From NCBI GenBank assembly GCA_027925325.1, contig AP027133.1:300001-332000 (forward strand): 32,000 bases of DNA. Reading direction: 5' to 3'. This stretch comes from Candidatus Saccharimonadota bacterium (GTDB lineage: Bacteria > Bacillota_I > Bacilli_A > Mycoplasmatales > Hepatoplasmataceae). A model generated the notes under the pieces. The model saw nothing but the letters and a program-made list of their open reading frames with translations. It was not told the DNA's origin and searched no databases. Position 1 is the stretch's first letter; each line of letters starts with the position of its first letter. This document shows positions 20,345 to 31,896 of this stretch, one piece after another. Position numbers and translations under genes: made by a program.

Positions 20345-23038
20345 CTATTTTTTTTCCTTTAAGAATTTAATAATTGTATTTTCAACCATTTTTAAGTTAT
20401 CTATTTTCCCACCGAAAACATATAAATAATTCTTACCGCCACCTTTTAAATTAAATTCATTTAATTTATTTTCTAATTCGATAATTCTGTTTTTAAATTT
20501 ACTTTTTTGTCCTAATACAATAAATAAAGTATATTTTTGTTGATCAAATAAAGCAAGTAAAAGAGTTTTTTCTTCCTTATCTAATAATGCTTTAAAAGCA
20601 ATTTTTGTTAAATTTTTTAAATTTAATTTTTTTAAATTAAGATAAATAATATCTTCTTTTGTTGCTAATATTTCTTTTAATTTTAATTCTAATTGTTGTG
20701 TCTTTATTTTTAAAGTTCAATCAATTAAAACTTGACTTTTATCTATCAAATTATTGAGATCTTGATTAAAATTTTGCTGATCAAATTTTAATTTATTTAA
20801 ATTTGTTTGTATTTTCTTTAAATCAGAAATTTTATCTGCCGTTAAAATTTTTTGATCATTTAAAAATATATCATCTAAATTTTTAATTATAGGATCAGCA
20901 ATTTTAAATCAAATTTCTTCATTTTCTTTTACAAAATATGATTTAATATTATTTTTACCTGTAATCGCTTGTAAACGATAAATACCTGAACCTTTTTTCT
21001 CTAATTTTGCAATTTTTATCGCTTCAATTTCTTTGATATTTGTGACATGAGTTCCACCGCAAAGATCGATTGTCTCATCTGTTAATTTTACAATTCGAAC
21101 AGATTCTTTATAATTTTTTCCTTCAAGATAACCAGGATTTAATTTTAAAGCCTCTTTTAATTTTAAAATTTTAATCTCTGATTGAAAACCTTTTTTAATT
21201 CAATTATTTGCTAAATTTTCAGCAGCATCTAATTCGTTTTTAGTAATCTCTTTTTGATAAGAAAAATCAAATCTTAAAAAAGATGGAGCCACTTTTGAAC
21301 CGACTTGTTTTAAATCTTGCTTTAAAATAATTTCAAGCGCTTTAAAAAGCAAATGAGTTGCAGAATGATTATTTGTTAATTTTTTTCTTCTATCAAGATC
21401 AATTTTTAATTCAACGTGTTGTCCGATTTTAAATGGATTTTCTTCTAGTAAATGAATAATTAAGTCATTTTCTGTTTTAAAAACAGTAAGAACATTGACA
21501 TTATCAATTGTTCCTAGATCTGATTCTTGTCCTCCTGAAGTTGGATAAAAAATGGTCTTATCACAAACAAGATAATTATCCAAAATGGCAATAACTTTCG
21601 CTTTAAAAGGATTTTTATAATCATTGTATCCTAAAAACAATGTCTCTTTTAATTTTGGAAATAATTTTTTTTGTATTTCCATTCCTTTAATAAAATTAGC
21701 ATTTTGCTTTGATTTTAATTTAAATTGATTATTTAATTCTAATAATTTTTGATAATCAATCTCAATTTGATATTTACTAGTTAATTTTTTTATATAACTT
21801 AAATTTAATGGCAATCCATAAGTTTCATGTAATTTAAAAATTTGCTCTGTATTTAACCTATTTTCTTTTTTATATTTTAAAAACATCGCTAATGCTTGTT
21901 TATATGTTTTATTAAATTTTTCACCCTCTTCAATTACTAAATTTAAAATTTTATTTTGATTTAAAATTAGATATGGATATCTTTCTTTTTCATTTTCACA
22001 GATAATTGCGATAATTTTTCGCAAAAAAGTAAAGCTAATTTCTAATTGCTCCGCAGTAATTATCGCTTCTCTTAATAATCTTCGAATTACATATCCTCTT
22101 CCTGTTGCACTAAAATTAGCTTGATCAGCCAACATAAAAGTAATTGCACGTGTAAAGTCTGCTATTTTTTTAAATTCACTATTTACTTCCGCTTGTTTTT
22201 TATTTTCTTGTCAAAGTTTTGTTGGATGATAATCTCAAAGATAATTATAAGAAGAAAATTTTTCTAATTCTTTAATGATTGGTTTAAAAATGTCTGTCTC
22301 AAAAGTAGTGGGAGTATCTTCAAAAATCATCGTTAATCTTTCAAGTCCTGCTCCCGTATCGATATTTTTTTGTGGTAATTCTTGATAATTACCTTTACCA
22401 TCATTACTAAATTCTGAAAAAACAATATTTCAAATCTCTATAAAACGATCATTTTCGATATCATCTTTAATCAATATTGATGCATCTCTTTTATCATATT
22501 CTTTTCCGCGATCATAAAATATTTCAGTAGAAGGTCCACACGGTCCTTTGCCGATATCTCAAAAATTTGTTTCTCTTCCCATTTTAAAAAGATGATTTTT
22601 TGCTATTCCTTTTTTAATTCAAAAATCATATGCATTTTGATCATCATTAAAAACAGTAATATAAATCTTTTCTTTTGTAAATGCAAAGTATTCCTTTGCA
22701 AATAATAATTCATAAGCATAATCAATCGCTTCTTTTTTAAAATAATCGCCGATTGAAAAATTGCCAAGCATTTCAAAAAGGGTTTGATGACGAGCAGTTA
22801 TTCCGATCTTATCAATGTCGCCCGTTCTAATTGATCTTTGATAATTTACAAGTTTTTTGCTTGGTGGTTTTTTTTCTGCACTAAAATAATTTTTTAAAGT
22901 TGCAACACCAGAATTTATTCATAATAATGAATTATCATTTTTAGGGATTAATGAAGAAGAAGAAATTAGTAGATGATTTTTTTTAGTAAAAAAATCAATT
23001 CATAGCTTTCTGATCTGAATTGAATTTAATTTTTTCAT
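20345..23038 (-). CDS. alaS: alanine--tRNA ligase
   Basis: The gene runs from ATG 23038 to TAG 20345-20347 (897 aa), and every codon was checked for TAA/TAG. Motifs seen are ...[16 protein letters not shown]..., ...[19 protein letters not shown]..., ...[21 protein letters not shown]..., ...[14 protein letters not shown]... and ...HSATHLL... Only 21200..22135 appears in the track. Confidence 0.95.
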
Positions 23039-23110
23039 AACAAAAAAATTATATCTAAATAATTTCAATTATTTAAATTAAGTAAACAATCAGTAATTAA
23101 ATTTATTATT

Positions 23111-24148
23111 TTATTTATTTTTTGTTTTTCTTGAAATATAAATTCCTAATAAACCAAATAAAATTAAATAAATATAAGGAACAAAAATATAAGCCGATCA
23201 TAACCAACAACTAAAAGAAAACATTTTATATCTAAATAATACTCATGTGCTAGGATCATTTGGATTTATGATTAATTTATCATTATTAGATGGATCAATT
23301 CCAGGAAGATAAAGTGATGTGGTTCGATAAAAATTAACAAATACATCATATTGACTTCATTGAATGATTCAATAATATGGATTTAACATATGAATAAATT
23401 GAAAAATATTAAAATCATAAAAAAAGGTCTTATCAACTCTTGCATTACGATCAAAATAAGGTTTAAAAGTTAAAACCTGACTTTCTGAATCATAAGAATA
23501 ATAATAAATAGCATCAGCTGAATCTGAATATGGTTTTGAAAAAACAGCACGAAAGACAAAAGTAGCAGAAAAAAGCAAAATTATCACAAATACAAAAAGA
23601 ATAACGATAAAATAATTCCTTAAATTTTTACTAAAGGATTGAATTAAAAAAGCAATTACAAAAGATTCAAAAAAGATAATTAAAACATAATAAATTAAAA
23701 TTCCTCATCGAAGTTGATTAAAATCTTTAATTTGATAATAAATTATATTTTTATTTTGCAAATCTCAAAAAGCGACAATATTTAATGCGTGAAATATATA
23801 AAGATATGTAAGAGCGATAAAAAAAGAAAAAAAAGCAAATAAAAGTAAATTTATAAAAATAGGAAAATAAATTTGAAATTTGTTGGTAGTTTTTTGTTTT
23901 ATTAAAAAATAAAAATGAGATCTTCTAATATTAAAAAATATCAAGCCATAAAATAAAAAAGTATTAAAAATAATTGAATAAGCGATCGTACTATCAATTG
24001 ATAAAACAGTCGGCGTTTGCAGAAAAAAAGCAAGATCAAAAAATAAAGGAGTAAAGAATAAAGTTATATAAAATCAGAGAGATTTTATACTTTTTTTAAA
24101 ATAAAAATTTATCAAATAAAAAGTCTTAAAATTGTATCTATTCCCCAT
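23111..24148 (-). CDS. tandem-array 6-TM membrane protein, copy A (345 aa; divergent subtype)
   Basis: ATG 24148 (alternative 24160) to TAA 23111-23113, with the frame checked. It contains track fragment 23369..23587. It has the shared blocks ...YYYSYDSESQVLTFKPYFDRN..., MLNPYYW, DPSTWV and FSFSCWLW. Confidence 0.75.
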
Positions 24149-24173
24149 TTTTCAACTCATTTACTAAAATATT

Positions 24174-25223
24174 TTAATCATTATATTTTTTTTTCTTTTT
24201 TACAATCAAAGCCCCTAAAAAACTATAAGTAAAGATAAAAATATATGGAACAAAAATATAGGATGCTCATAATCAATTTGTAAATGAGAACATTACATAA
24301 TCATATTTTACTCATGTACTAGGGTCATTTTGATCTATTACAATTTCATTAAGTCCCGGAAGTGTAAGTGATGTTGTTCGATAACTATCGATAAAAATAT
24401 CATATTGCCCTCATACCGTAATATAGTAAAAAGGATTAAACATTTGTATAAATTTATGAATAGAAAAATCATTGAAAAAGTATTGATTTTCTGTCTTTGG
24501 AGCACTTGGATCAAAATAAGGTTTAAAAGTTAAAATTTGCGTTTCTGGATTATAACTATATAAAAGATCATTTGAATGATTAGAATAAGGAGTAATAAAA
24601 ATTGTAAAAAGCAAGGTTCCTGAAAAAGTTACTATCAAGACAAAAATAAAAACGGTAATTAAAATATAAAAACTAAGATTTCTACTTAAAGTTTGAATTA
24701 AAAATGCTAACGAAATCGAAATAATAAAAATGACAATTATATAATAAATTAATAATCCTCAGCGATAATCAGAAATTTTAGATAATTGATAATGATATTC
24801 AGCATTATTTCAATTTTGAACGGCGATTCAATTAATTTTATCAAATAAAAAAATAAAAAATAATGAAAAAACAAATGTAAGAAAAGTGATAATGATTAAA
24901 TTAAAAAATATTGGTAGATGCGAAATAAATCTATGATTATTAAATTTTTGTTTAATTAAAAGATAAAAATGTGATTTACGAAAATTAAAAAATAATACAC
25001 CATAAAAAATAATAATATTAAAAATTAAAGCAAATACAATCGTACTATCAACAGTTAAAAATGCTGGCAATTGTGTTAGCAAAAATAGACAAAAAAAGAA
25101 AGGAATTAAAATTATTCCAAGATAAAATCAATATGATGTTACTAATTTTTTAAAGTAAAATCTCGTTAATTCAAATAAATATCGGTTTTCAAAAAAACCT
25201 ACATTCTTATTTCTTATTCGCAT
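24174..25223 (-). CDS. tandem-array 6-TM membrane protein, copy B (349 aa)
   Basis: ATG 25223 to TAA 24174-24176, with the frame checked. It joins fragments 24411..24638 and 24828..25082 through TGA codons. Confidence 0.8.
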
Positions 25224-25249
25224 TTATTTTAAAACCTTATAATATGATA

Positions 25250-26290
25250 TTATCTTTTTTTCTTTTTTTTCGCAATAAAAATTGCTAAAAAAGTATAAAA
25301 GATAATAAAAAGATAAGGGGCAAAAATATAAGATGCTCATAATCAATTTGTAAATGAAAACATTACATAATCGTATAATACCCATGTGCTAGGATCGTTT
25401 TGATCTATTACGATTTCAGGAAGACCCGGAAGTGAAAGTGATTTTGTTGCATAACTCTCAGTAAAAATATCATATTGCCCTCATTCTGTAATATAGTAAA
25501 AAGGATTAAACATTTTCATAAATGTAAAAAAAGAGAAATTGTTCAGAAAACGTAAATTAGGATTATTACTAGGATCTAAATAAGGTTTAAAAGTTAAAAC
25601 TTGTGTTTCTGGATTATAACTATATAAAAGATCCTCTGAATTATTAGAGCGAGGAGAAACAAAAGTTGAAAAATCAAACGCCGTTCCCGAAAAAAGCATA
25701 ATCAAAATGAAAATAAAAATCATTAATAAAAAATAAAAATTAAGATTTTTACTTAATATTTGAATCAAAAAAGCTACCGAAATAGAAACTATAAAAATGA
25801 TAGAAATATAATAAATTAATAATCCTCAGCGATAATCAGAAATTTTAGATAATTGATAATAATGTCCTTCAGTATGAGTTCAATCTCTAGCTGCAATTCA
25901 ATTAAGTTGATCAAATAAAAAAATAAAAAATAATGAAAAAGAAAAAGTAATAAATGCAATGATAACCAAATTAAAAAAAATTGGAAGATGAATCATAAAT
26001 TTATGATTATCAAATTTTTGTTCAATTGAAAAATAAAAGTGTGATTTACGAAAATTAAAAAATAAGACACCATAAAAAATAATAGTATTAAAAATTAAAG
26101 CAAAACCGATTGTACTACCAACAGTTAAAAATGCTGGTAATTGTGTTAGTAAAAATAAACAGAAAAAAAGAGGAATTAAAATTATTCCAAGATAAAATCA
26201 ATATGATGTTACTAGTTTTTTAAAATAAAAAAATGTTAATTCAAGCAAATATTGATTTCCAAAAAAACTTAAATTCTTATTTCTTTTCAC
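25250..26290 (-). CDS. tandem-array 6-TM membrane protein, copy C (346 aa; GTG start)
   Basis: GTG 26290 to TAA 25250-25252, with the frame checked. It contains fragment 25481..25768. The ATG homologous to the B/D starts (26292) is out of frame. Confidence 0.7.
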
Positions 26291-26317
26291 ATTTATTTCA
26301 AGCCTTATAATATGATA

Positions 26318-27364
26318 TTATCTTTTTTTCTTTTTCTTAGCAATAAAAATCGCTAAAAAAGTGTAGGAGAAAATAAAAAGATAGGGAACAAAAATATAAG
26401 ATGCTCATAATCAATTTGTAAATGAGAACATCACATAATCATATAATACTCATGTGCTAGGGTCGTTTTGATCTATTATGATTTCATCAATCCCTGGAAG
26501 AGAAAGTGATGTTATCCGATAACTATCGATAAAAATATCATATTGCCCTCATACTGTAATATAGTAAAAGGGATTAAACATTTGCATAAATTTAAAAAAA
26601 GAAAAATCATAAAAAAACCTTCAAGTAGGAAAAAAGGTTGTATTAGGGTCAAAATAAGGTTTAAAAGTTAAAACATGTGTTTCTGGATTATAACTATATA
26701 AAAGATCATTTGAATTATTAGAATTAGGGAAAGTAAAAATTGTAAAGTTAAGTAAGGTTCCCGAAAACATCATGATTAAAATGAAAATACAAACCGCTAA
26801 TAAAATATAAGAATTTAGCTTTTTACTTAAAACTTGAATTAAAAAAGCTAACGAAATAGAAATTATAAAAATGATAGAAATATAATAAATTAATAATCCT
26901 CAACGATAATCAGAAATCTTAGCAATTTGATAATAATTATCAGGATTACTTCAATTCTGAACCGCAATTCAATTAAGTTGATCAAATAAAAAGATAAAAA
27001 ATAACGAAAAAAGAAATGTAAGAAAAGCAATGATAACTAAATTAAAAAAAATTGGCAGATGTGCCATAAATTTATTATTATCAAATTTTTGTTCAATTGA
27101 AAAATAAAAATGTGATTTCCGAAAATTAAAAAATAAAATTCCATAAAAAATAAAAACATTAAAAATTAAAGCAAATCCAATTGTACTATCAACAGTTAAA
27201 AAAGCTGGCAATTGTGTTAGTAAAAATAAACAAAAAAAGAAAGGAACTAAAATTATTCCAAGGTAAAATTGATACGACGTAATAATTTTTTTAAAATAAA
27301 ATAACATTAATTCAAAACAAATATTGATTTGAAAAAAATTCCCATTTTTATTTTTTATTTGCAT
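26318..27364 (-). CDS. tandem-array 6-TM membrane protein, copy D (348 aa)
   Basis: ATG 27364 to TAA 26318-26320, with the frame checked. It extends fragment 26969..27364 through TGA codons. Confidence 0.8.
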
Positions 27365-27390
27365 TTATCTTAAAACCTTATAATATGATA

Positions 27391-28434
27391 TTATCTTTTT
27401 TTCTTTTTTTTCGCAATAAAAATCCCTAAGAAACCATAAAAGAAAATGAAAATATAAGGAACAAAAATATAAGATGATCATAATCAATTTGTAAACGAAA
27501 ACATCACATAGCTATATCTTACTCATGTACTAGGATCACTTTCATTTATTATAATTGGATCAATTCCGGGAAGAGAAAGTGATGTTGTTCGATAAAAATC
27601 AATAAAAATATCAAATTGTCCTCATGCCGAGATGTAATAATAAGGATTAAACATCTCAATGAAACGACCGAAGGTAAAATCTTGAAAAAATCTTTTATTA
27701 AAAAAATCAGGGTCGTTTCGATCAAAATATGGTTTAAAGGTTAAAATTTGTTCATTTTGATCATAATTATATAATAATTCATTACTATTATCTTTATATC
27801 TTGGTGTATCAAATGCCGATGTTATTCCAAATGTCCCAGAAAAAAGAATTATGATTATTATTACAAATAGTGAAAATAAAAGAAATGAATTAAAATTATT
27901 ACTTAAATTTTGCAATAAAAAAGCCAATGTAAAAGTAATCATAAAAATAATAAGCAAATAATAAATTAGTAACCCTCAGCGAAAATCAGCAATATCTTTA
28001 ATTTGATAAAAATAATTTTCACTATAATTTCATGTTTCCAAAAATAATCAATCACTATTTACAAAAATATAAAAAAATAAAATTGCAAAAAAAGTTGTAA
28101 AAATAACAACAATTAATAAATTAAGAAAAATTGGAAAATAAATAAATATCTTCTTATAATTAAATTTTTGATTTATCAAAAGATAAAAATGCGATTTATG
28201 AAAAGAGAAAAATAAAATTCCATAAAACAATAAAATATTAAAAATTAGCGAAAAGGAAATCACACTATCAACGACCAAAAATGTCGGTGTCTGTGTAAGA
28301 AAGGCGAGACTAAATAAAAAAGGAACGATAATTATTAAAAAATAAAATCAAACCGAAAAGATCATTTTCCTGAAAAAAAACAAGAAAAGTCCTACAAAGT
28401 TATGATATAAATCTACATTCTTTTGTTCTTTCAT
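27391..28434 (-). CDS. tandem-array 6-TM membrane protein, copy E (347 aa; divergent subtype)
   Basis: ATG 28434 to TAA 27391-27393, with the frame checked. It joins fragments 27622..27957 and 28048..28278. It starts 19 nt after the nrdF stop. Confidence 0.8.
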
Positions 28435-28453
28435 TTATCTTTCTATTATCTAA

Positions 28454-29437
28454 TTAAAAATCTTCAAAATCTTCATCATTTAATTCTTCATGGACAATCG
28501 GTTTAATATATCCATTCCCTTTTGTTGAAAAAAAATCATGTGTTTTAGTTTCTGTATCTAATCCATTTAAAATGATCGGATTTATATCTTTATCATTGAT
28601 ATTAAAATAAGGATCAAAACCAAAATTCATTAAAGCTTTATCAGCATTATATTTAATAAATTTTACCACATCATCAGTAAGATTAACTTTATCATAAAGT
28701 TCTTTTGTATAATTAATTTCATTTTGATAAAGATCTAACATTAAATCATAAACTTTTTTACTTAACTCTGCTTTTTTTTCGATTGTAAATTTTTTAAAAA
28801 TATTTTGCGCAATTAAGCCCACAAAAGTTCCATGAACCGATTCATCTCTAATAATAAGATTGATAATTTCTCCTGATCCGACTAACTTTCCCTGTCCTGA
28901 AAATCATAATGGATAAAAAAAGCCAGAATAAAATAAAAATGTCTCTAAAAGAACCGAAGTTGTAAGTGCAAGATAAAGATCTTCTTCGTTATTTATCTTT
29001 CGATAATAAGAATCAACTTTTTTTACCTTGTATTGCAAATATTTATTATCTTGAACTCAATCAAAAAGCTCATTAATTCTCTCTGAATTTGAAAGAGTTG
29101 AGAAAATTGTAGAATAAGATTTTGCATGCATCTGCTCCATTGCTGCCATAAAAGCAAAGACCGCCTTTACATGCAGATCATCAATTTTATCAAGGATAAG
29201 TGGCATCCCCACTCCTCCTTGTTCAGTATCAAGTAAAGTAAGACCGGCAAGAATTTTTTCATAAGTATCTTTTTGCTCTTGATTTAATTTATCTCAATGC
29301 TTTCGATCCTCAACTAATGAAATCTCTTCATCAACTCAAAATTGTCTAATATTTTGATCTCAAAACAATTTAACATAATTATTTTCAATTTTATTTCAAT
29401 TTATCGCTTTGATAATTTGTTCTTTTTTATTAAGCAT
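28454..29437 (-). CDS. nrdF: class Ib ribonucleotide reductase beta subunit
   Basis: ATG 29437 follows GAGGAG and overlaps the nrdE stop as ATGCTTAA. The product is 327 aa. Metal ligands are ...[11 protein letters not shown]... and ...[10 protein letters not shown]..., with an acidic C-terminus ...[11 protein letters not shown]. Fragment 28454..28822 was extended. Confidence 0.9.
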
Positions 29438-31538
29438 AACAAGATTCACACTCCTCAATTTTTAAATTTTTTGTTCTTGTATAATATAAAGCTTTTAAAC
29501 CTTTCTTATTTGCATAAATATATAATTTTGCAAGATCTTTTGTTGAAATTGAACTATCAACATAAAGAATTGTTGATATTCCTTGATCAACATGTTCTTG
29601 GATTGATGCAACCATATCAATAATCTTTTTTTGATCCATATTATATGCATTTTTATAAAATAAAACATTATCTTTTCTAAGATAAGGCATCGGATAATAT
29701 GTTATTGAATTTGCATATGTTCTTGCTTCAATAAGTGAAGTAATAGGCATCACAGAAGGAGTAGCGTTTGCGATATAAGCAGTTGATTGATTAGGAGCAA
29801 TTGCTAAACGATAACCATGATAAAGTCCATATTTTTTTACATTAACAGCCAATTCTTTTCAATCACTAATAGAGGGCAATTTGATTCCTAAAAAAAGTTT
29901 TTTTACTAATTCTTCTTTTGGTAAAAAATCATTTATAAAATATTTTTTAAAATAATTGCCATTTGCATATTCAGATTTATCAAAATCAATAAATTTTTGC
30001 TGTTTTCTTTTTGCAATTTCCATTGATTTTTTAATTGAATAAAAATTAACCGCACTAAAAAAAACACTAGCAAATTCACGAGCTGTAGCCGATTCATAAT
30101 TAATTCGATTTTTGGCAAGATAACCATGTAAATTTAAAGCCCCTAGACCGATTGCGTGTAATTCTTTATTAGCTTTATTAATTCCTGGAGCAAATTTAAG
30201 TTCTGATAAATCAGTAACAGCTGTTAATGCCTCAACGGCGACAGATACTGTTTTTTCAATATCTTTATTTTCCATAACTTTTGCAATATTTAAAGAACCC
30301 AAATTACATAATACATCACGTTTAATTAAATCTTTTTCATCATAATTATTAATAATTGAAGTTTCTTGTAATTGAAATATCTCTGTACAAAGATTACTCA
30401 TTTTAATCTGTCCAATATTTTTTAATGGATGAACTTTATTTGCATTATCTTTATACATAATATAAGGATAACCAGATTCAAGTTGAGTTTTTGCGATCTT
30501 TAATAATAATTTACGAGCAGAAATATAACTTTTAGCAATTCTTTGGTCATCTACTAATTTTTGATAATCTTTATTGATATCAAGATCATCCAAATCTTTG
30601 TGATAATATTTCTTTACATCATAAGGAGAAAAGGTTGCCATCATTTTGTTTTCTTTTGCAAGTTCAAACATTTTATCACTAACAATAAGTCCTAAAGAAA
30701 GAAATTGAATTCGATGTTTTTCGTCAGCATTTATCTTTTTTGTATCTAAAAATTCTAATACATCTTTGTGAAAAACATTTAAATAAGCAGCACCAGCGCC
30801 ATTTCGTTGATCTAATTTATTTGCAAACGAAAATCCATCTTCTAATAATTTTAAAATTGGCATTATTCCTGCTGTGATATTTCTTACCCCCCTTAAAGAA
30901 GAACCTCTTGATCTAATTTTAGAAAGATTAACAGCAACTCCACCGCCAATTTTTGAAAGATGTAATGAAGTTCCAAGAACATAATTAATTGAATTTAATG
31001 TATCGTCCATCTCAAGTAAAAAGCATGAAATCATTTCGCCTGAATTTATTCTGCCTGCATCTTGCATTGTAGGTGTTGCAGGTTGATATCTTCCATTTAT
31101 AATTTCTGTAGCAATATCTTTTGCAATATGATAATTACCACGACCAAGATATAAAGATAAAATTAAAACACGATCAAAATAATCTTCATAATTTATATTT
31201 TTATCGACAGATTTTAAAACATATTCATTTAAAAATTTTTTTGCAGCCATATATGAATCAAATAGATGATTTGTTGATAATAAAAAATCATACAAATCAT
31301 CTATTTGCTGTTTAGAATATCATTTTAAAACTATCGGATTATAAAGTTTAAGATCTGAAAGTTCTTTTATTTTTTCATAACCTTTTTTATCAAATTGATA
31401 ATTTTTATAAAAATTAGCAAGAAAGATATCTCGTGCAATTTTATCTTTATCTAATTGATAAAAATCTGTCTTATCTTTCAATTTGATTTGATTATTTAAT
31501 TTTATATCGATTAAATGCTCATGATAATTAATTTCCAT
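29430..31538 (-). CDS. nrdE: class Ib ribonucleotide reductase alpha subunit
   Basis: Three fragments (29430, 29859, 31320) share one frame and are joined by TGA, giving 702 aa. Motifs seen are ...ISCFLLEMDDTLNSI..., ...SNLCTEI... and a C-terminal ...CESCYA redox pair. Confidence 0.95.
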
Positions 31539-31896
31539 TACTTAAAAACTCCAAAATATTTTTTCTGCATTCTTCAATTTGATTATTTGTTCCCGCTAAT
31601 TCAATACTAGCGAAATATTTGACATTATATTCTTTTGAAATAGTTTTTGCTGCCTTACAATAACTCTGTCCTCAATTTCTATTTCCCGATCCAATTACTC
31701 CGATCATTTTTTCACTATTATTTTTTAAAAAAGACTTAACCTCTGGTTGAACTTGGCCAAAGCCAATAGAAGAGGCGATTAAAATATAATTATCATTGAT
31801 TAATAAATCATTTTTAATTTCTTCTATTGGAAATAAATCTAATTTTTCAGCAATTTTTTTTGTATTTCCGGTTAAAGAAAAGAACACAAATTTCAT
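31528..31896 (-). CDS. nrdI: flavodoxin-like NrdI
   Basis: MKFVFFSLTGNTKKIAEKL...VIGSGNRNWGQSYCKAAK... is NrdI-like. Fragment 31672..31896 reads through TGA to TAA 31528-31530, overlapping the nrdE start by 11 nt (122 aa). Confidence 0.85.

Larger units (their letters stand above)
23111..28434 (-). repeat. head-to-tail tandem array of five ~1.07-kb gene units (paralogous membrane-protein genes A-E)
   Basis: CDS starts at 24148, 25223, 26290, 27364 and 28434 are spaced 1075/1067/1074/1070 nt apart, with 25-27-nt spacers. The three inner units are recognisably similar at the DNA level, including their spacers. Confidence 0.85.

Noticed and set aside
23111-28434. Whether the periodic repeat could be a CRISPR array, an IS/transposon cluster or an assembly duplication.
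   Set aside because: A period of ~1.07 kb of protein-coding sequence is not CRISPR-like. There is no transposase, terminal inverted repeat or target duplication. The copies differ substantially (two subtypes), so simple mis-assembly of one gene is unlikely, although copy number should still be confirmed with long reads.
29342-31315. ORFs 29342..29623 (+), 29933..30127 (-, alternate frame) and 31121..31315 (+) within nrdF/nrdE.
   Set aside because: They overlap strongly supported nrd genes and are typical chance ORFs in AT-rich DNA.
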